A stretch of 61,102 bases of DNA, filler included, from Globobulimina sp. (lineage: Eukaryota), in the NCBI GenBank assembly GCA_003354225.1. It is 10 parts of 10 records of this genome, joined end to end, with 100 filler letters (N's around TTAATTAATTAA, not from the genome) between each part and the next. Parts side by side here need not be neighbours in the genome. Positions count along the whole stretch, not along the records: positions 6,132 to 12,161 come from PIVH01000372.1; positions 12,262 to 18,289 come from PIVH01000373.1; positions 18,390 to 24,414 come from PIVH01000374.1; 7 more parts are not named here. One strand, 5' to 3'. The notes under the pieces were generated by a model. It did no database searches. It was not told the origin of the DNA and was given only the letters and a program-made list of their open reading frames with translations. The position numbers and the translations under genes were made by a program. Numbering within the stretch: position 1 is the stretch's first letter; each line of letters starts with the position of its first letter. This document shows, piece after piece, positions 11,640 through 21,873 of this stretch.

Positions 11640-12119
11640 ATGGCAGAAGAAGAGGTTTCATTGCTTGGTGATTACAACGTTTCTGGAATAAAGGAAGTGG
11701 AGGTAAAGGAGAAGCATTCTGCTGAAGAACAACATTTCATTGTTATTCATGTTGGTGAAGGTTCTGGGTTTTCACCAATTGTAGAATCTGTTGGAACAAA
11801 TAAACTTAAAAAGGCAACGAGAGCATACAGTGATCCATATGTTAAAATATCAATTGACGATAAGCCTGAAATGACATTGAAAACTCCGGTTATCTTTGAT
11901 TGCAGAAATGATAATCCTCAGTGGCAGCAATTTCAACGAATTTATTTAAATCCGAATAGATTACCACAAATAATCAAAGTGTCTGCGTTTGATAAATCTG
12001 ATGAACCTCAAATATCCGATGCACAGTATGGTTATTTCGAGTTAGATTGTGAAAAAGAAAAAATATTCGACAGAAAAGGTAAAATATGGAGGAGAATAAT
12101 TGAACTTGGCTCTGGTTAA
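11640..12119 (+). CDS. C2-domain protein, first exon; the gene probably continues past the contig end
   Basis: SDPYVKISID, KTPVI, NPQWQQ, KVSAFDK and YGYFEL are C2 motifs. A probable donor (G|GTTAAG) lies near 12116. Confidence 0.7.
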   Translation: MAEEEVSLLGDYNVSGIKEVEVKEKHSAEEQHFIVIHVGEGSGFSPIVESVGTNKLKKATRAYSDPYVKISIDDKPEMTLKTPVIFDCRNDNPQWQQFQRIYLNPNRLPQIIKVSAFDKSDEPQISDAQYGYFELDCEKEKIFDRKGKIWRRIIELGSG

Positions 12120-12161
12120 GTGATTATAATCCATATTTTCTAAATTCTTCATTAAACCGAC

Positions 12162-12261
12162 NNNNNNNNNNNNNNNNNNNNNNNNNNNNNNNNNNNNNNN
12201 NNNNNTTAATTAATTAANNNNNNNNNNNNNNNNNNNNNNNNNNNNNNNNNNNNNNNNNNNN
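12162..12261. other. Artificial contig linker 2
   Basis: N44-TTAATTAATTAA-N44. Confidence 0.98.
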
Positions 12262-12476
12262 CTACAACGCACAATCCAACGAGTGTTAATCCGACATCTG
12301 CCGATGCGATGGGAATATCAAAGGTGTTTAGTACGAATTTGGAAATAATATTATTTGGAGTGTTAGTAAGTGTTGTGATTGTTTTAGGAGTGTTGGTTGT
12401 GTATTTGTGTAAAGAGCATCCGGTTTTCAGCGTCAGATTATTATTGTTTCTGAGAAACGAAGGCAAACCTATATAA
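12262..12476 (+). CDS. C-terminal fragment of a type I membrane protein with a PT-repeat stalk
   Basis: The + frame (not in the ORF track) reads TTHNPTSVNPTSAD...IILFGVLVSVVIVLGVLVVYLC...KPI*. Confidence 0.55.
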
Positions 12477-12553
12477 TTTACTTCTTTTCAAACTCACAAA
12501 ACAATTAAAAACAATTCACTCATCATAAAAGTATAATACACACAAAACAAAAA

Positions 12554-15500
12554 TCAATCAAACAAACTAAAGGTTTGGTTTCTATCATTTGGTATTAATC
12601 CGAGAATACTTTGGTCCATAACCGATCTATTAATCGATGCTTTATTTTCTTGTAATAAAATTTTAAATGTATTTATTTGTTTCAATTTTAAACGCCTTTT
12701 ATCATCAATTTGTTGCAATTCATAATGCAATTCTTTTAATTTATTTTTTGCATAATCTTTAAATCTGCGCGATCTCTTCACATATTGTGACAGTGTGTCA
12801 TCATTATCTTGTTTTGTTTTTAACTCATCAATGTCCGCTAAGAATAACCCAACAAATACATTTGCGATAATAATGGTGACCCAACCAATATAAATCATAA
12901 AATATGTAGCAAACATAAGTGAGGTTGACATGACATTATAATACATGATCTCATGCCATCCTTCGCCAATCATCAATTGTATCAATGTCAACATAGAATA
13001 TGCCAATGTTGTAAAGTTTGTACTGCTGATATTTGTGGCCTGCGGATACACTTCGTTTGTAATAATTTCTCGATCGCCATCCCCAAATAATGTACATCCT
13101 AATTTTGCCCATCCATAGATACATAACAATAAAAAAGTAACAAGCGAGGCGAATTTGGGAAATACAGTAAAGACCACATACAATAATTTTTGATTACTAC
13201 GTATCAATGTAAAAAAGCGCACAAATATACCCAATCCCAATATATGTCTTCGATATCCAATTAAGAACGACTTATCATAGCCATCATCAAAAAACCATAT
13301 TGATAGAAAATACATGCATCCGGACAATATTATAACGACAGCTTCCAATCTGTGACAGATGGACAACACAGATTTTTCTAAGATTGATTGTGGTCTCGTA
13401 TCACGCAAATAATTTGCTACCCATTTTCGATCCGATGCGGATAATTTGATTATTTTCGATGAATTCCAATCGTTCAGAAATGGTATCCTTTTCTTGGAGT
13501 TATATTTGTTAATCGCAGCCACCGTAAATGGTGGGTTTGGGAACCGAGCTAAATCAAAAAATCTGTGCCGTCCAAAGGAGAACCAACGTAATAGGATATC
13601 CACAAAATTCAATATAAAAAATATTTTCAATAATATATCAACATAAAAATCATTGATATCGGTCAGACTCCGCAACAATGCCGTACCACAGACGGGCAAT
13701 ACAATAAAACAGAAAGTTAGCAATCTGTTTCTATATCGTCTGAAAATATTGCATTCTAACCACGCTTGCAACTTATTTTGCGGCACTTCGCCAAGATAGA
13801 ACATTTTAGACCGAAACTCCTGTTTTGATAAATTGGACACAAATTCATTTATATCTATTACATCATCGCCGTCTGAGTTGAATATGTCAAATAATTTATT
13901 TTTATTGATTAGTATGGAATGGGTCACCAATTCGCTAAATTCAGTCCTATCAATTTCTAAATTGGAGTCCATGTCTAACAAAATAAATGCCGCAATGAGT
14001 GCTTCTGATTTTTTAGCTGTATTCATTTCATTTTTATAGATACGCATTTTATTAAATGACTCTTCAAATCGATGGATCATCATTGGCACAAAAATAAATA
14101 AGCCCAATACCACAAATATTAAACACAAAATGATCCCGTTGATAATAATAATGGGCGGTAAGTCATTGTCGTCGCTAAATACATTGGCAACGACGGCATC
14201 ATAATTTTCTGATGTTGAGATATAAACAAATGCGGTAATGATACTACGCGTAATGGAATCAAATGAGTCCACTTCCAAATCTTCGGTATTTATAGTTTTT
14301 GCGGTAAATAATGACATTGCGGTCACCGCAAATATTATAATAAATGCCAGATATGAGATTACCACATCTGATGCATAATAAATTGCGGCGCAAAACTCCC
14401 ACAAGAAATCCCATACGTGTCTGTTCTCCACAATTAATAGAAAGGGTAAAGGCGGTATTCTATAGCTGAAAAAACCTAATTTCAAAAAAATGCGTGTCAG
14501 GAAATCAAATAAGATTATGCACCATATGACGATTCGTAAAATATATCTGCTGCGATGTGGCCCCAATATTATTAAATTCCATGTACTTCTATGCAGTCCA
14601 TTCGTGTCTTGTATTTTTTTAGTCCATTCGTGATTAAATCCATAATATAATTCATAAATTCTTATTAAATGCTCCCGTTTTATAGTAAATATACCATATC
14701 TATGCACGGTATTCAATAAAACACAAAATATAAATTCTAACAAGATACAACCGGCATTTGTCGCAATTAATTCAGCGGTTAATCCATTTTCTGTTAATTG
14801 TGTCGGGTTTGCGGGTTCAAAAAACGTTATAAAAATATGAAATATAATTACTAATTGAATTGGTACAGCATAATAATTGCTAAACATAAATGTCATAAAC
14901 TTATTCCATTCATATAACTGTGTATATTGTAAAACACATGAAATAAATATTTGATTTCGATCATTCTCCTCTGTGATATGTTTATTTGCTCTTTCCGCCA
15001 GAAAAACTTTTGCTTTTTCAGTAGTCATCAAATCATCGCCATCATCTTTACGTAAATCTGCCCAAATTCTATTGGCAGCGCCTTCGATTAACACTTTCAT
15101 TTTAAACATATCTGCCAAATAATCCTGTTCTACATCATCCTCGTCCTCTGCATCAGTTTCTGTTTGATCCTCGTCACCGCGATAACCATTGCTAAACTCT
15201 TCACTAATTTCCTTAAAACAAATAAAACTTAACACCAATACCAACATAAGCACAGTGGTGCATGTTTTCAACGCATCGGCGGCAGTGCCTTCAATCTCTG
15301 ACACATCCACCAATTTCATAATCATCCATTCCAAGCCACTCCCATCCGGACCATACGCTATTTTCCCGCCTTGCGATATGGGATAATCAATGGGTGCCTG
15401 CAGCTCAAATGGATCAATGGGATTAGCAGGAAAAGAATCAATCCCATAATGATCCAGTACTTCTGATGATAATATTTTAATATATTTCTCTGGATGCTTG

Positions 15501-18289
15501 TATACAGAATATGGCACTTTCTCCTGTTCTTCTTCCAACTGCAGACAGCCCTCAACAGTATCCGTCCCAGTCAACACATCAAAATCTGAGGATGCTAACA
15601 TAAATGGGTCCTCTTTATCAGCGTTAAATATCCACGAATGCCAGTTTTCAGCTTCATGTTGAATGCCGATACTTTCATTCAACATTTTACTCAAACCATT
15701 CAATGTATAGTCGATGCCAATAACTCCCAGTAAATTGTTACTATTTCGGTCGGTGATGACTGCAGAAGCAGTCAGACCCATTCCATCCAATGATCCAAAG
15801 GCAAATACATAGGTAGACCATACCACATATTGTGACGTATCATTCTCTTGATTTATCGCTATGGAATCTGCACTAGCACTCATGTTCAAATCGGCACTGA
15901 TATTAAATAGTTGCATATATTGACTGACTGCCTCTTGACAAGCTTGAGTCTGTCGACTTAGCGAAGTAAAATCATCCCTACTAAATTCATCCCAGGCGTC
16001 GGCTGGAAATGCTTGACGTAATGTACCTGAAAATCTGAGTGTAATCGCATCTAAGTACCACGGACGACATCGCGGATCGTAAATAGCATTGGAATAATTA
16101 TAACCGGTATTATCTCTTTGCACATTATCACTGTCAGTATACATGTCATACAGTGTGAAATTGGTAGTTTTATCCCGTACAGACACTAATAAGTTTGGCC
16201 CATCCGCGGAAACTACGCTTGCGCCTCGAAAAGAACCATCCGGTTTGCCAACATAAATAGAATATTGATCATATAAATTATCGTTATCTACAAACGATTT
16301 CATTGTGTTTGTGAAGATGCGATCAAATTCTACAGCTTCAAACAAATCTTGTGTCCCGTCCTGATTTAATCGGTTCTCTATGATTTGTGTGACCGATTCT
16401 GTCGACTCGATCAATTGTAATACTTTATCACGCACTACATTCCATTCTTGCGGTGCCATCACATCGTTGATTAATTCATCCATTGCCGATGAGGCAAATG
16501 TATTCCATAAAGCAACAATACCGATAAAGTTGATCACCATAAATGCAAACAACACAATGAGCAAATATCGCTGTGATAACTGACAACACCGCGGTTCAAA
16601 CTTTATCGATAATGATAATTGACGGCGTATTTTAGCAGCGGAAATAGAACGACCTCTCTTCTCTTCATTAATATTAGTTTTGTTTTCGTTTTCAGCATTT
16701 TCGTTTTCAGCACTTTCGTTTTCAGCATTTTCGTTTTCAGCATTTTCGTCGACGGTATTACTTCCGCTGCGTACGGAAATTTGGGCCGATCGAGTTTCCT
16801 CGTTTGCTTCATTTGGATCCTTTGGTTTTAAGGGAACCGTATTTATTAACAATGGATCATTGTAATCATCCTCTTCTGGAACACTTTGAACACTCACACT
16901 CACACTCGATGTTTTTAATTTGTTTGTAGCAATCTGCCGAATTACATCCGTTCGATCATTTTCCTTCTGCTCTGCTTCATTTTCATCATGACCGATTATA
17001 TCAAATTGTTGTTGTTGTTGTGGTTCTTGTTCTTCCTTTTTATCATCACTCGGCGAGAACTCATCCACATTCGTATATGTAATATTTAATGGTTTTAGTT
17101 TCTGCTCTTTAACAGTACTGGCCGTGCCATCCGCGGCCGGTAACGACGTACTGCCCATCAGAGGGGATTCCACAGATTTGCTGGCTTGCCGTTTAAAATA
17201 CGCAGCTCGATGGAATTTAATATTATAACAAACCAATCCAATGCCAAGAAACAACATTAAGCCAGAAACAATCCATGACAAAATATAGGCAAATTCAATA
17301 GTTTGCCAATGTATTTCATTAAAAGTAATCACAATGTAACCAAGTTTCGGCGTTCTGCCATATAATAACGAGTCCATATACAGCGCTTTGAATGGGAATA
17401 TATTCACCCAAAACTCACCAACGTGGACTTCTATATATCCGACCGGTGAGGCGGCCGTTGCATTCTCTATAAATTCAATATTATCCCGTATATATTGCAT
17501 AGATTCGACAATCATTTCATTGCTGGCATGACATTGCACATTATGACAATCGTCAATTAGATGTAAATCTATCTCGCCCTCAGACGATAAGAAGACAGAC
17601 AACGAAGAGTCTACCACTGACACCACAGTCTCTTCCGGCAACAGTAATCTCTCGTTTTCGTAAAAATATTTGACGGAATCTACAGTCATCTCATTAATGA
17701 AAATAAAAGCCGTATTATCCTGGAAAGGGACTATCATGGTCGACAGAGTCATGCCAAACACGCCCGATTGGAAATAATAGGGCTTAGTCCAGATGGAGTT
17801 ATTCAGTCCGCCAATGTCAATGATTTCAGTGTACCACGGTCGGGATCGAGGATCAAAATCACAGTCCAACGCACCATGTACATTGTTAATATCTCTTTGT
17901 CTGCTAATTTCATCGTAAATCCATTGCTTTGAACAGGTGCCGTTATACACATAAATTATCATCGACTCGTTCGCTTTGTACCCACCAATCACTGTATTCG
18001 TAGCATTGTTATACAAGTAAAAACTAGCAATGTGTTTAGTATTTGGATACGAGGCCCATTCTACAAGCAAATAATCTAAACTACCATCATCAATATAATT
18101 TGTATCATTTATGCCATATACGTCCAATATATGGGATTGGATTTTTATTTCCCCCACGCCGAGAACCTGCAAGCTCTCAGGTGCAAACACCTGATAACGT
18201 ACAAAGTTAATTTCACGCTCACCGATAGATTCGACAGTTAATTGCATCGCGTCGTCGGTAGCTTGAATAGCGGCATTATAATACCACAC
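12554..18289 (-). CDS. dCache-dCache-two-pore channel fusion with EF hands, at least 1911 aa, 5'-truncated
   Basis: Cache motifs: FDPRSRPWY..WTKPYY..GMTLS (about 17690-17860) and YDPRCRPWY..WSTY..GLTAS..GVIGID (about 15707-16081), each followed by a TM helix. Two 6TM channel repeats follow, with pores SFDSITRSIITAFVYISTSENY and NFTTLAYSMLTLIQLMIGEGW. The linker has two EF hands (DMDSNLEIDRTE, NSDGDDVIDINE) and there is a C-terminal coiled coil. Confidence 0.88.
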   Translation of the reverse strand: MWYYNAAIQATDDAMQLTVESIGEREINFVRYQVFAPESLQVLGVGEIKIQSHILDVYGINDTNYIDDGSLDYLLVEWASYPNTKHIASFYLYNNATNTVIGGYKANESMIIYVYNGTCSKQWIYDEISRQRDINNVHGALDCDFDPRSRPWYTEIIDIGGLNNSIWTKPYYFQSGVFGMTLSTMIVPFQDNTAFIFINEMTVDSVKYFYENERLLLPEETVVSVVDSSLSVFLSSEGEIDLHLIDDCHNVQCHASNEMIVESMQYIRDNIEFIENATAASPVGYIEVHVGEFWVNIFPFKALYMDSLLYGRTPKLGYIVITFNEIHWQTIEFAYILSWIVSGLMLFLGIGLVCYNIKFHRAAYFKRQASKSVESPLMGSTSLPAADGTASTVKEQKLKPLNITYTNVDEFSPSDDKKEEQEPQQQQQFDIIGHDENEAEQKENDRTDVIRQIATNKLKTSSVSVSVQSVPEEDDYNDPLLINTVPLKPKDPNEANEETRSAQISVRSGSNTVDENAENENAENESAENENAENENKTNINEEKRGRSISAAKIRRQLSLSIKFEPRCCQLSQRYLLIVLFAFMVINFIGIVALWNTFASSAMDELINDVMAPQEWNVVRDKVLQLIESTESVTQIIENRLNQDGTQDLFEAVEFDRIFTNTMKSFVDNDNLYDQYSIYVGKPDGSFRGASVVSADGPNLLVSVRDKTTNFTLYDMYTDSDNVQRDNTGYNYSNAIYDPRCRPWYLDAITLRFSGTLRQAFPADAWDEFSRDDFTSLSRQTQACQEAVSQYMQLFNISADLNMSASADSIAINQENDTSQYVVWSTYVFAFGSLDGMGLTASAVITDRNSNNLLGVIGIDYTLNGLSKMLNESIGIQHEAENWHSWIFNADKEDPFMLASSDFDVLTGTDTVEGCLQLEEEQEKVPYSVYKHPEKYIKILSSEVLDHYGIDSFPANPIDPFELQAPIDYPISQGGKIAYGPDGSGLEWMIMKLVDVSEIEGTAADALKTCTTVLMLVLVLSFICFKEISEEFSNGYRGDEDQTETDAEDEDDVEQDYLADMFKMKVLIEGAANRIWADLRKDDGDDLMTTEKAKVFLAERANKHITEENDRNQIFISCVLQYTQLYEWNKFMTFMFSNYYAVPIQLVIIFHIFITFFEPANPTQLTENGLTAELIATNAGCILLEFIFCVLLNTVHRYGIFTIKREHLIRIYELYYGFNHEWTKKIQDTNGLHRSTWNLIILGPHRSRYILRIVIWCIILFDFLTRIFLKLGFFSYRIPPLPFLLIVENRHVWDFLWEFCAAIYYASDVVISYLAFIIIFAVTAMSLFTAKTINTEDLEVDSFDSITRSIITAFVYISTSENYDAVVANVFSDDNDLPPIIIINGIILCLIFVVLGLFIFVPMMIHRFEESFNKMRIYKNEMNTAKKSEALIAAFILLDMDSNLEIDRTEFSELVTHSILINKNKLFDIFNSDGDDVIDINEFVSNLSKQEFRSKMFYLGEVPQNKLQAWLECNIFRRYRNRLLTFCFIVLPVCGTALLRSLTDINDFYVDILLKIFFILNFVDILLRWFSFGRHRFFDLARFPNPPFTVAAINKYNSKKRIPFLNDWNSSKIIKLSASDRKWVANYLRDTRPQSILEKSVLSICHRLEAVVIILSGCMYFLSIWFFDDGYDKSFLIGYRRHILGLGIFVRFFTLIRSNQKLLYVVFTVFPKFASLVTFLLLCIYGWAKLGCTLFGDGDREIITNEVYPQATNISSTNFTTLAYSMLTLIQLMIGEGWHEIMYYNVMSTSLMFATYFMIYIGWVTIIIANVFVGLFLADIDELKTKQDNDDTLSQYVKRSRRFKDYAKNKLKELHYELQQIDDKRRLKLKQINTFKILLQENKASINRSVMDQSILGLIPNDRNQTFSLFD
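16681..16750 (-). repeat. 15-nt coding tandem repeat (ENAEN units) in the cytoplasmic loop
   Basis: About 4.5 copies of TTTTCGTTTTCAGCA on the + strand. Confidence 0.85.
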
Positions 18290-18389
18290 NNNNNNNNNNN
18301 NNNNNNNNNNNNNNNNNNNNNNNNNNNNNNNNNTTAATTAATTAANNNNNNNNNNNNNNNNNNNNNNNNNNNNNNNNNNNNNNNNNNNN
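18290..18389. other. Artificial contig linker 3
   Basis: N44-TTAATTAATTAA-N44. Confidence 0.98.
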
Positions 18390-18466
18390 TACATTTGACT
18401 GGAGCTTGGAAAAAAATTTTGGAGAGGCAAATCATGGATATCTATATTGGTCGATATCAATTTATT

Positions 18467-19741
18467 TTAACGGGCGGAACGATTCTGGATTTTCTGAAAA
18501 CAGAATTTACGATCTTCCATTTTGGCCCATGGATCAAAGACCACTGATGTTTGTAGAAAGAGGCGATTTTGGGTATTTGGATCATTACGCGGTGGGCCAT
18601 GAATGATATCACGCACCATTTGGCTGAGATAGATGGCATCCGGTCTGACATAACTCATGCTGATGTCCGGCAACTTGGAAGTACTCCATCCGACGTATTT
18701 TAAAATAAGGCCGTGAGCAATCCCGACTTGGGAAGCGCGCGTTGTGCCACCAATACGGGAACTATAAGCGGCAAACCGTGTCGGTTCCGTAATATAACGG
18801 GAGTTGACTTGCACGACTTCTTTAATAATTGCCGATAGCGCATTAGTATTTACATCCTTTCCACGAGACCAGACAAACACGTTTTTGTTGGCGGATAATC
18901 GAAGACTGTTTTTTCGTGGACCTTCAGGTAAGATGGCAACTAACTGCTTTCTTCTACGTAAGTAGACTTTGAGAAGTCGTAAAGGGCTAAGGAGTTTACA
19001 TGGGCATGAACAGTTTGTCCGCAATGTTTTGGCACAATAGGAATGTCCCACGTATAGCAATTTGGAATCTTTGAGAGATTTCATGGATTTGTGAGACACG
19101 ATTTGGATTCTGGCAAAATGTGTGGATGGGTCATCGGGATTTGGTTTCAAAAAGGCCAAATGTTTAAATTTGATTCCTCTTTTAGTGGCAGAGCATTTGG
19201 ACAGGAGGAGCTCCGATGGCCGCGACATCGTAAAGAAGTACATTTGAATAATAAGTACTTTTAATAAAGAGTCCAATGGTACGGAGTCGTATTGATCAAT
19301 AACGACATTCATGGACAGAGTATATCTCATCAAATGCTGCATTTTGAGAGGTAATCGCGAGTCAGATGGCTTGTCAAACCGTTTGGTTGCCGCTAATTTG
19401 AAGCGTGCATACTCGGAATTGGTATGGAAGGTGGAGCGAATGTCGGCAATTTGATGGAGCCATAATAACATAGATTGTGCTTGTCGGACACAGTTGGTAT
19501 TGCCAGCTTGTTCAATGCGATCAGCAATCCAGAATAATGCCAATGAGGCATTGGTAGGGAGCGCAAATGGGCTTTCCTTCAAGGTGACGCAATAAAAAAT
19601 CCAATTGCGTAACTGAGAAATGTATTGGACTTTGGTGGTGAGACATTTGTCTAAGTTGTTAGTTTCGACAATAAATCCTGCTGTTTTCGGGCGTTTCTTT
19701 GCGAGATAATGCGTTTCCGCAAAACGTTTTTCATACCACAC
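18467..19741 (-). CDS. Tyrosine recombinase of the YR retrotransposon
   Basis: SRPSELL (R), SHKS (K), YSSRIGG (HxxR box with H replaced by Y), VGW (W) and MSYVR (Y). Includes an N-terminal helical core-binding region. There is no ATG at the ORF start. Confidence 0.85.
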   Translation of the reverse strand: MWYEKRFAETHYLAKKRPKTAGFIVETNNLDKCLTTKVQYISQLRNWIFYCVTLKESPFALPTNASLALFWIADRIEQAGNTNCVRQAQSMLLWLHQIADIRSTFHTNSEYARFKLAATKRFDKPSDSRLPLKMQHLMRYTLSMNVVIDQYDSVPLDSLLKVLIIQMYFFTMSRPSELLLSKCSATKRGIKFKHLAFLKPNPDDPSTHFARIQIVSHKSMKSLKDSKLLYVGHSYCAKTLRTNCSCPCKLLSPLRLLKVYLRRRKQLVAILPEGPRKNSLRLSANKNVFVWSRGKDVNTNALSAIIKEVVQVNSRYITEPTRFAAYSSRIGGTTRASQVGIAHGLILKYVGWSTSKLPDISMSYVRPDAIYLSQMVRDIIHGPPRNDPNTQNRLFLQTSVVFDPWAKMEDRKFCFQKIQNRSAR

Positions 19742-19799
19742 TGCATAAAGTTTTTGTCAAAGAAACTAAAAAGAAGGAAACATAATAAAGAGAGTAGCT

Positions 19800-21692
19800 T
19801 TAAATGACAAAGTTTGAGGCATAATTAGGATATCCAATGCGTGCCCTTTCCATCAATGGTTTACAAAGGAATTGAATAAACGATTGATATTCGCGTTGAT
19901 CATATGTAAGATCTGATAATGGTGCATTGGGAGAGATGATTTGTTTATCAATGAATTTAAATTGGTCAAAGTACACTGTGGTGGTGAGTTCATCGGACAT
20001 TTCAAGATTATAATCTTTGACAATGGTCCAGAATGTATCCAATTTTAATCTGGATAATGCATCGGACAGTCCATTGGTTGATGATGAAATCCAATCAATC
20101 CATACTATGAATTTGTATTCCAACATTAGATGACATAGTTCATAGATGAATAGCATGAGATTGTAGGAAGAGGACCATTTCCTTTTTACTGCATAAAAAC
20201 ACGACTCATTGTCCACAAATAAATGGATTGTTTTCCCGGTTAAGTAATATCGGAAAGTATGAAGCGCTGAAAGGATGACATGGGCCTCCTTCTGATTAAT
20301 ATGCCAATTTTGAGTATGAGATGAAGTAAATGGATAATATGACCAATATCCACCAATAACAAAGCCACCATGGGACGTAGAGGCATCTGTGGAAGCTGAG
20401 ATGGACATTTTTTTATTCATCAAAATCTCGGACATAGGGACTCTTAATATTTGATCTGCAAAGAAATACCAATAATGTAGGTCATTGCAGACGGACAGTG
20501 GCAAAATGAAATGGTGATTCTTAGGATATTTGCCCGACCGGATATTTTGATAAATAAAATGGAGCAGATTCCAACACAATGCTTTTGTGGGCTGCTTCAA
20601 TTGAGCTCAATGCATGATAGTGCCACAAATTGACTCCAATGCTGCTCCAGTGATGACTCGATATTGCAACGTATAACGGAGCAATTGTTTGAAGTTATGG
20701 TATTTCAATGGTGGAATACCTACCATCTTATTCTTCAAATCAAAGAAAACACCATATATGACAGCCGATTGGCAAGTGCGGATAAAGCCGGATTCTTTCA
20801 GAGACACTTGAACGTTTAACTCATGCATTAAAGCGTCAAACCTTGCTTCCATTTCAATACAATCGGCTTCTTTTACTGCCGCTAACACAAAGTCATCGAT
20901 GTGGACTAACGATTTATTCCGCCACTGCTTTTCAAAGACTTTATTATCTAAAATCCAGATCAAAATCTGTGCAAAGTACTGTGAATTGGCAGGGGCTGAG
21001 GCAACGCCATACGGCTGTTTTCTATCTCTCCAAACCAAACCAAACAAAGAATAACATATATAATTACTGTCTTCCTCACAAAGTCCGATCTGACGAAAGA
21101 AGTCAGACAGATCACGTATAGCAAAGAAATTGCAGTCAATCAATGTCTTAATATATTGTTTCAAGTTTGGGAGGGAGGGTATTTTGCATTTTATGGGTCG
21201 AATTAACTCATTGATGGCAGAGCTTGAGCCAGTTTTAAAAGAACCATTCCGGATGACCCGAAATTTAGTATAGCGGCCCTGACCATCTTTCTTCGGAGTG
21301 CAAAATATCATAATCATATATTTCGGGATACCAAAAAATTGTTCAATCTGCCCATTTTCAGCTTCACCAATCATTTTGTCGAGGATTGCTAACGCCTCCT
21401 TTGGGGAATTGGCGATATTCGAGATTTTAGTGGATAAAGTGCTATGGATAACATGTGTTGCTTTTTGATCTTGAGACATAAAATGTGTTTGTAACCATAG
21501 CGGAAATCCCACTTTGATCCATTTCAAATCCGAGCGACCTTTCGGTTTACCTTCCAAGTATTTCGTGAAAGCAGGAATATTGAATTGGTTGTGATACTTG
21601 GATGGTTCATTATGGAGTTGCGTGAATCGATCGAGCTTTGGTTTAAGTGTTGCTGCAAACTCTGGATCCAATTCTAAATATTTAAAACCCAA
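19800..21692 (-). pseudogene. RT-RNase H polyprotein interrupted by one in-frame TGA (20607-20609)
   Basis: RT: PKKDG..KFRVIRN, DLSDFFRQI, QPYGVASAP, HIDDF. After H*AQ the same frame continues into RNase H: TDAS, HINQKEA, FVDN, NGLSDALSR. Confidence 0.85.
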
Positions 21693-21873
21693 AAACTTCT
21701 TCAGTTCAGTTTAGTGACAGTGGAAGGATGGGAGAGGGAGGGAGTGAGGATGTATGTTTAGCAGAATAAGTTATAATATCTCACTATAATGGAGACAGAA
21801 ATATTAAATAGCCCATCAATAGGATAGGAATACACACAAACTAACGCGTGCAACACAAATAAAAGTAACAAAG

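Noticed and set aside
12206-12466. Minus-strand 86-aa ORF
   Set aside because: It is the antisense shadow of a plus-strand frame that encodes PT repeats, a clear TM helix and a stop.
20607-20609. Genome-wide TGA=Trp genetic code
   Set aside because: TGA ends several apparently complete genes in the window (Cache-TPC, RCC1, Gypsy pol, SCO1), and long ORFs use TGG for Trp.
19800-21692. Prokaryotic RT system (retron, DGR or Abi) with a phage integrase
   Set aside because: RT is followed by a DIRS-type RNase H and preceded by a Gag-like zinc-finger ORF. No msr/msd or TR/VR pair was seen.
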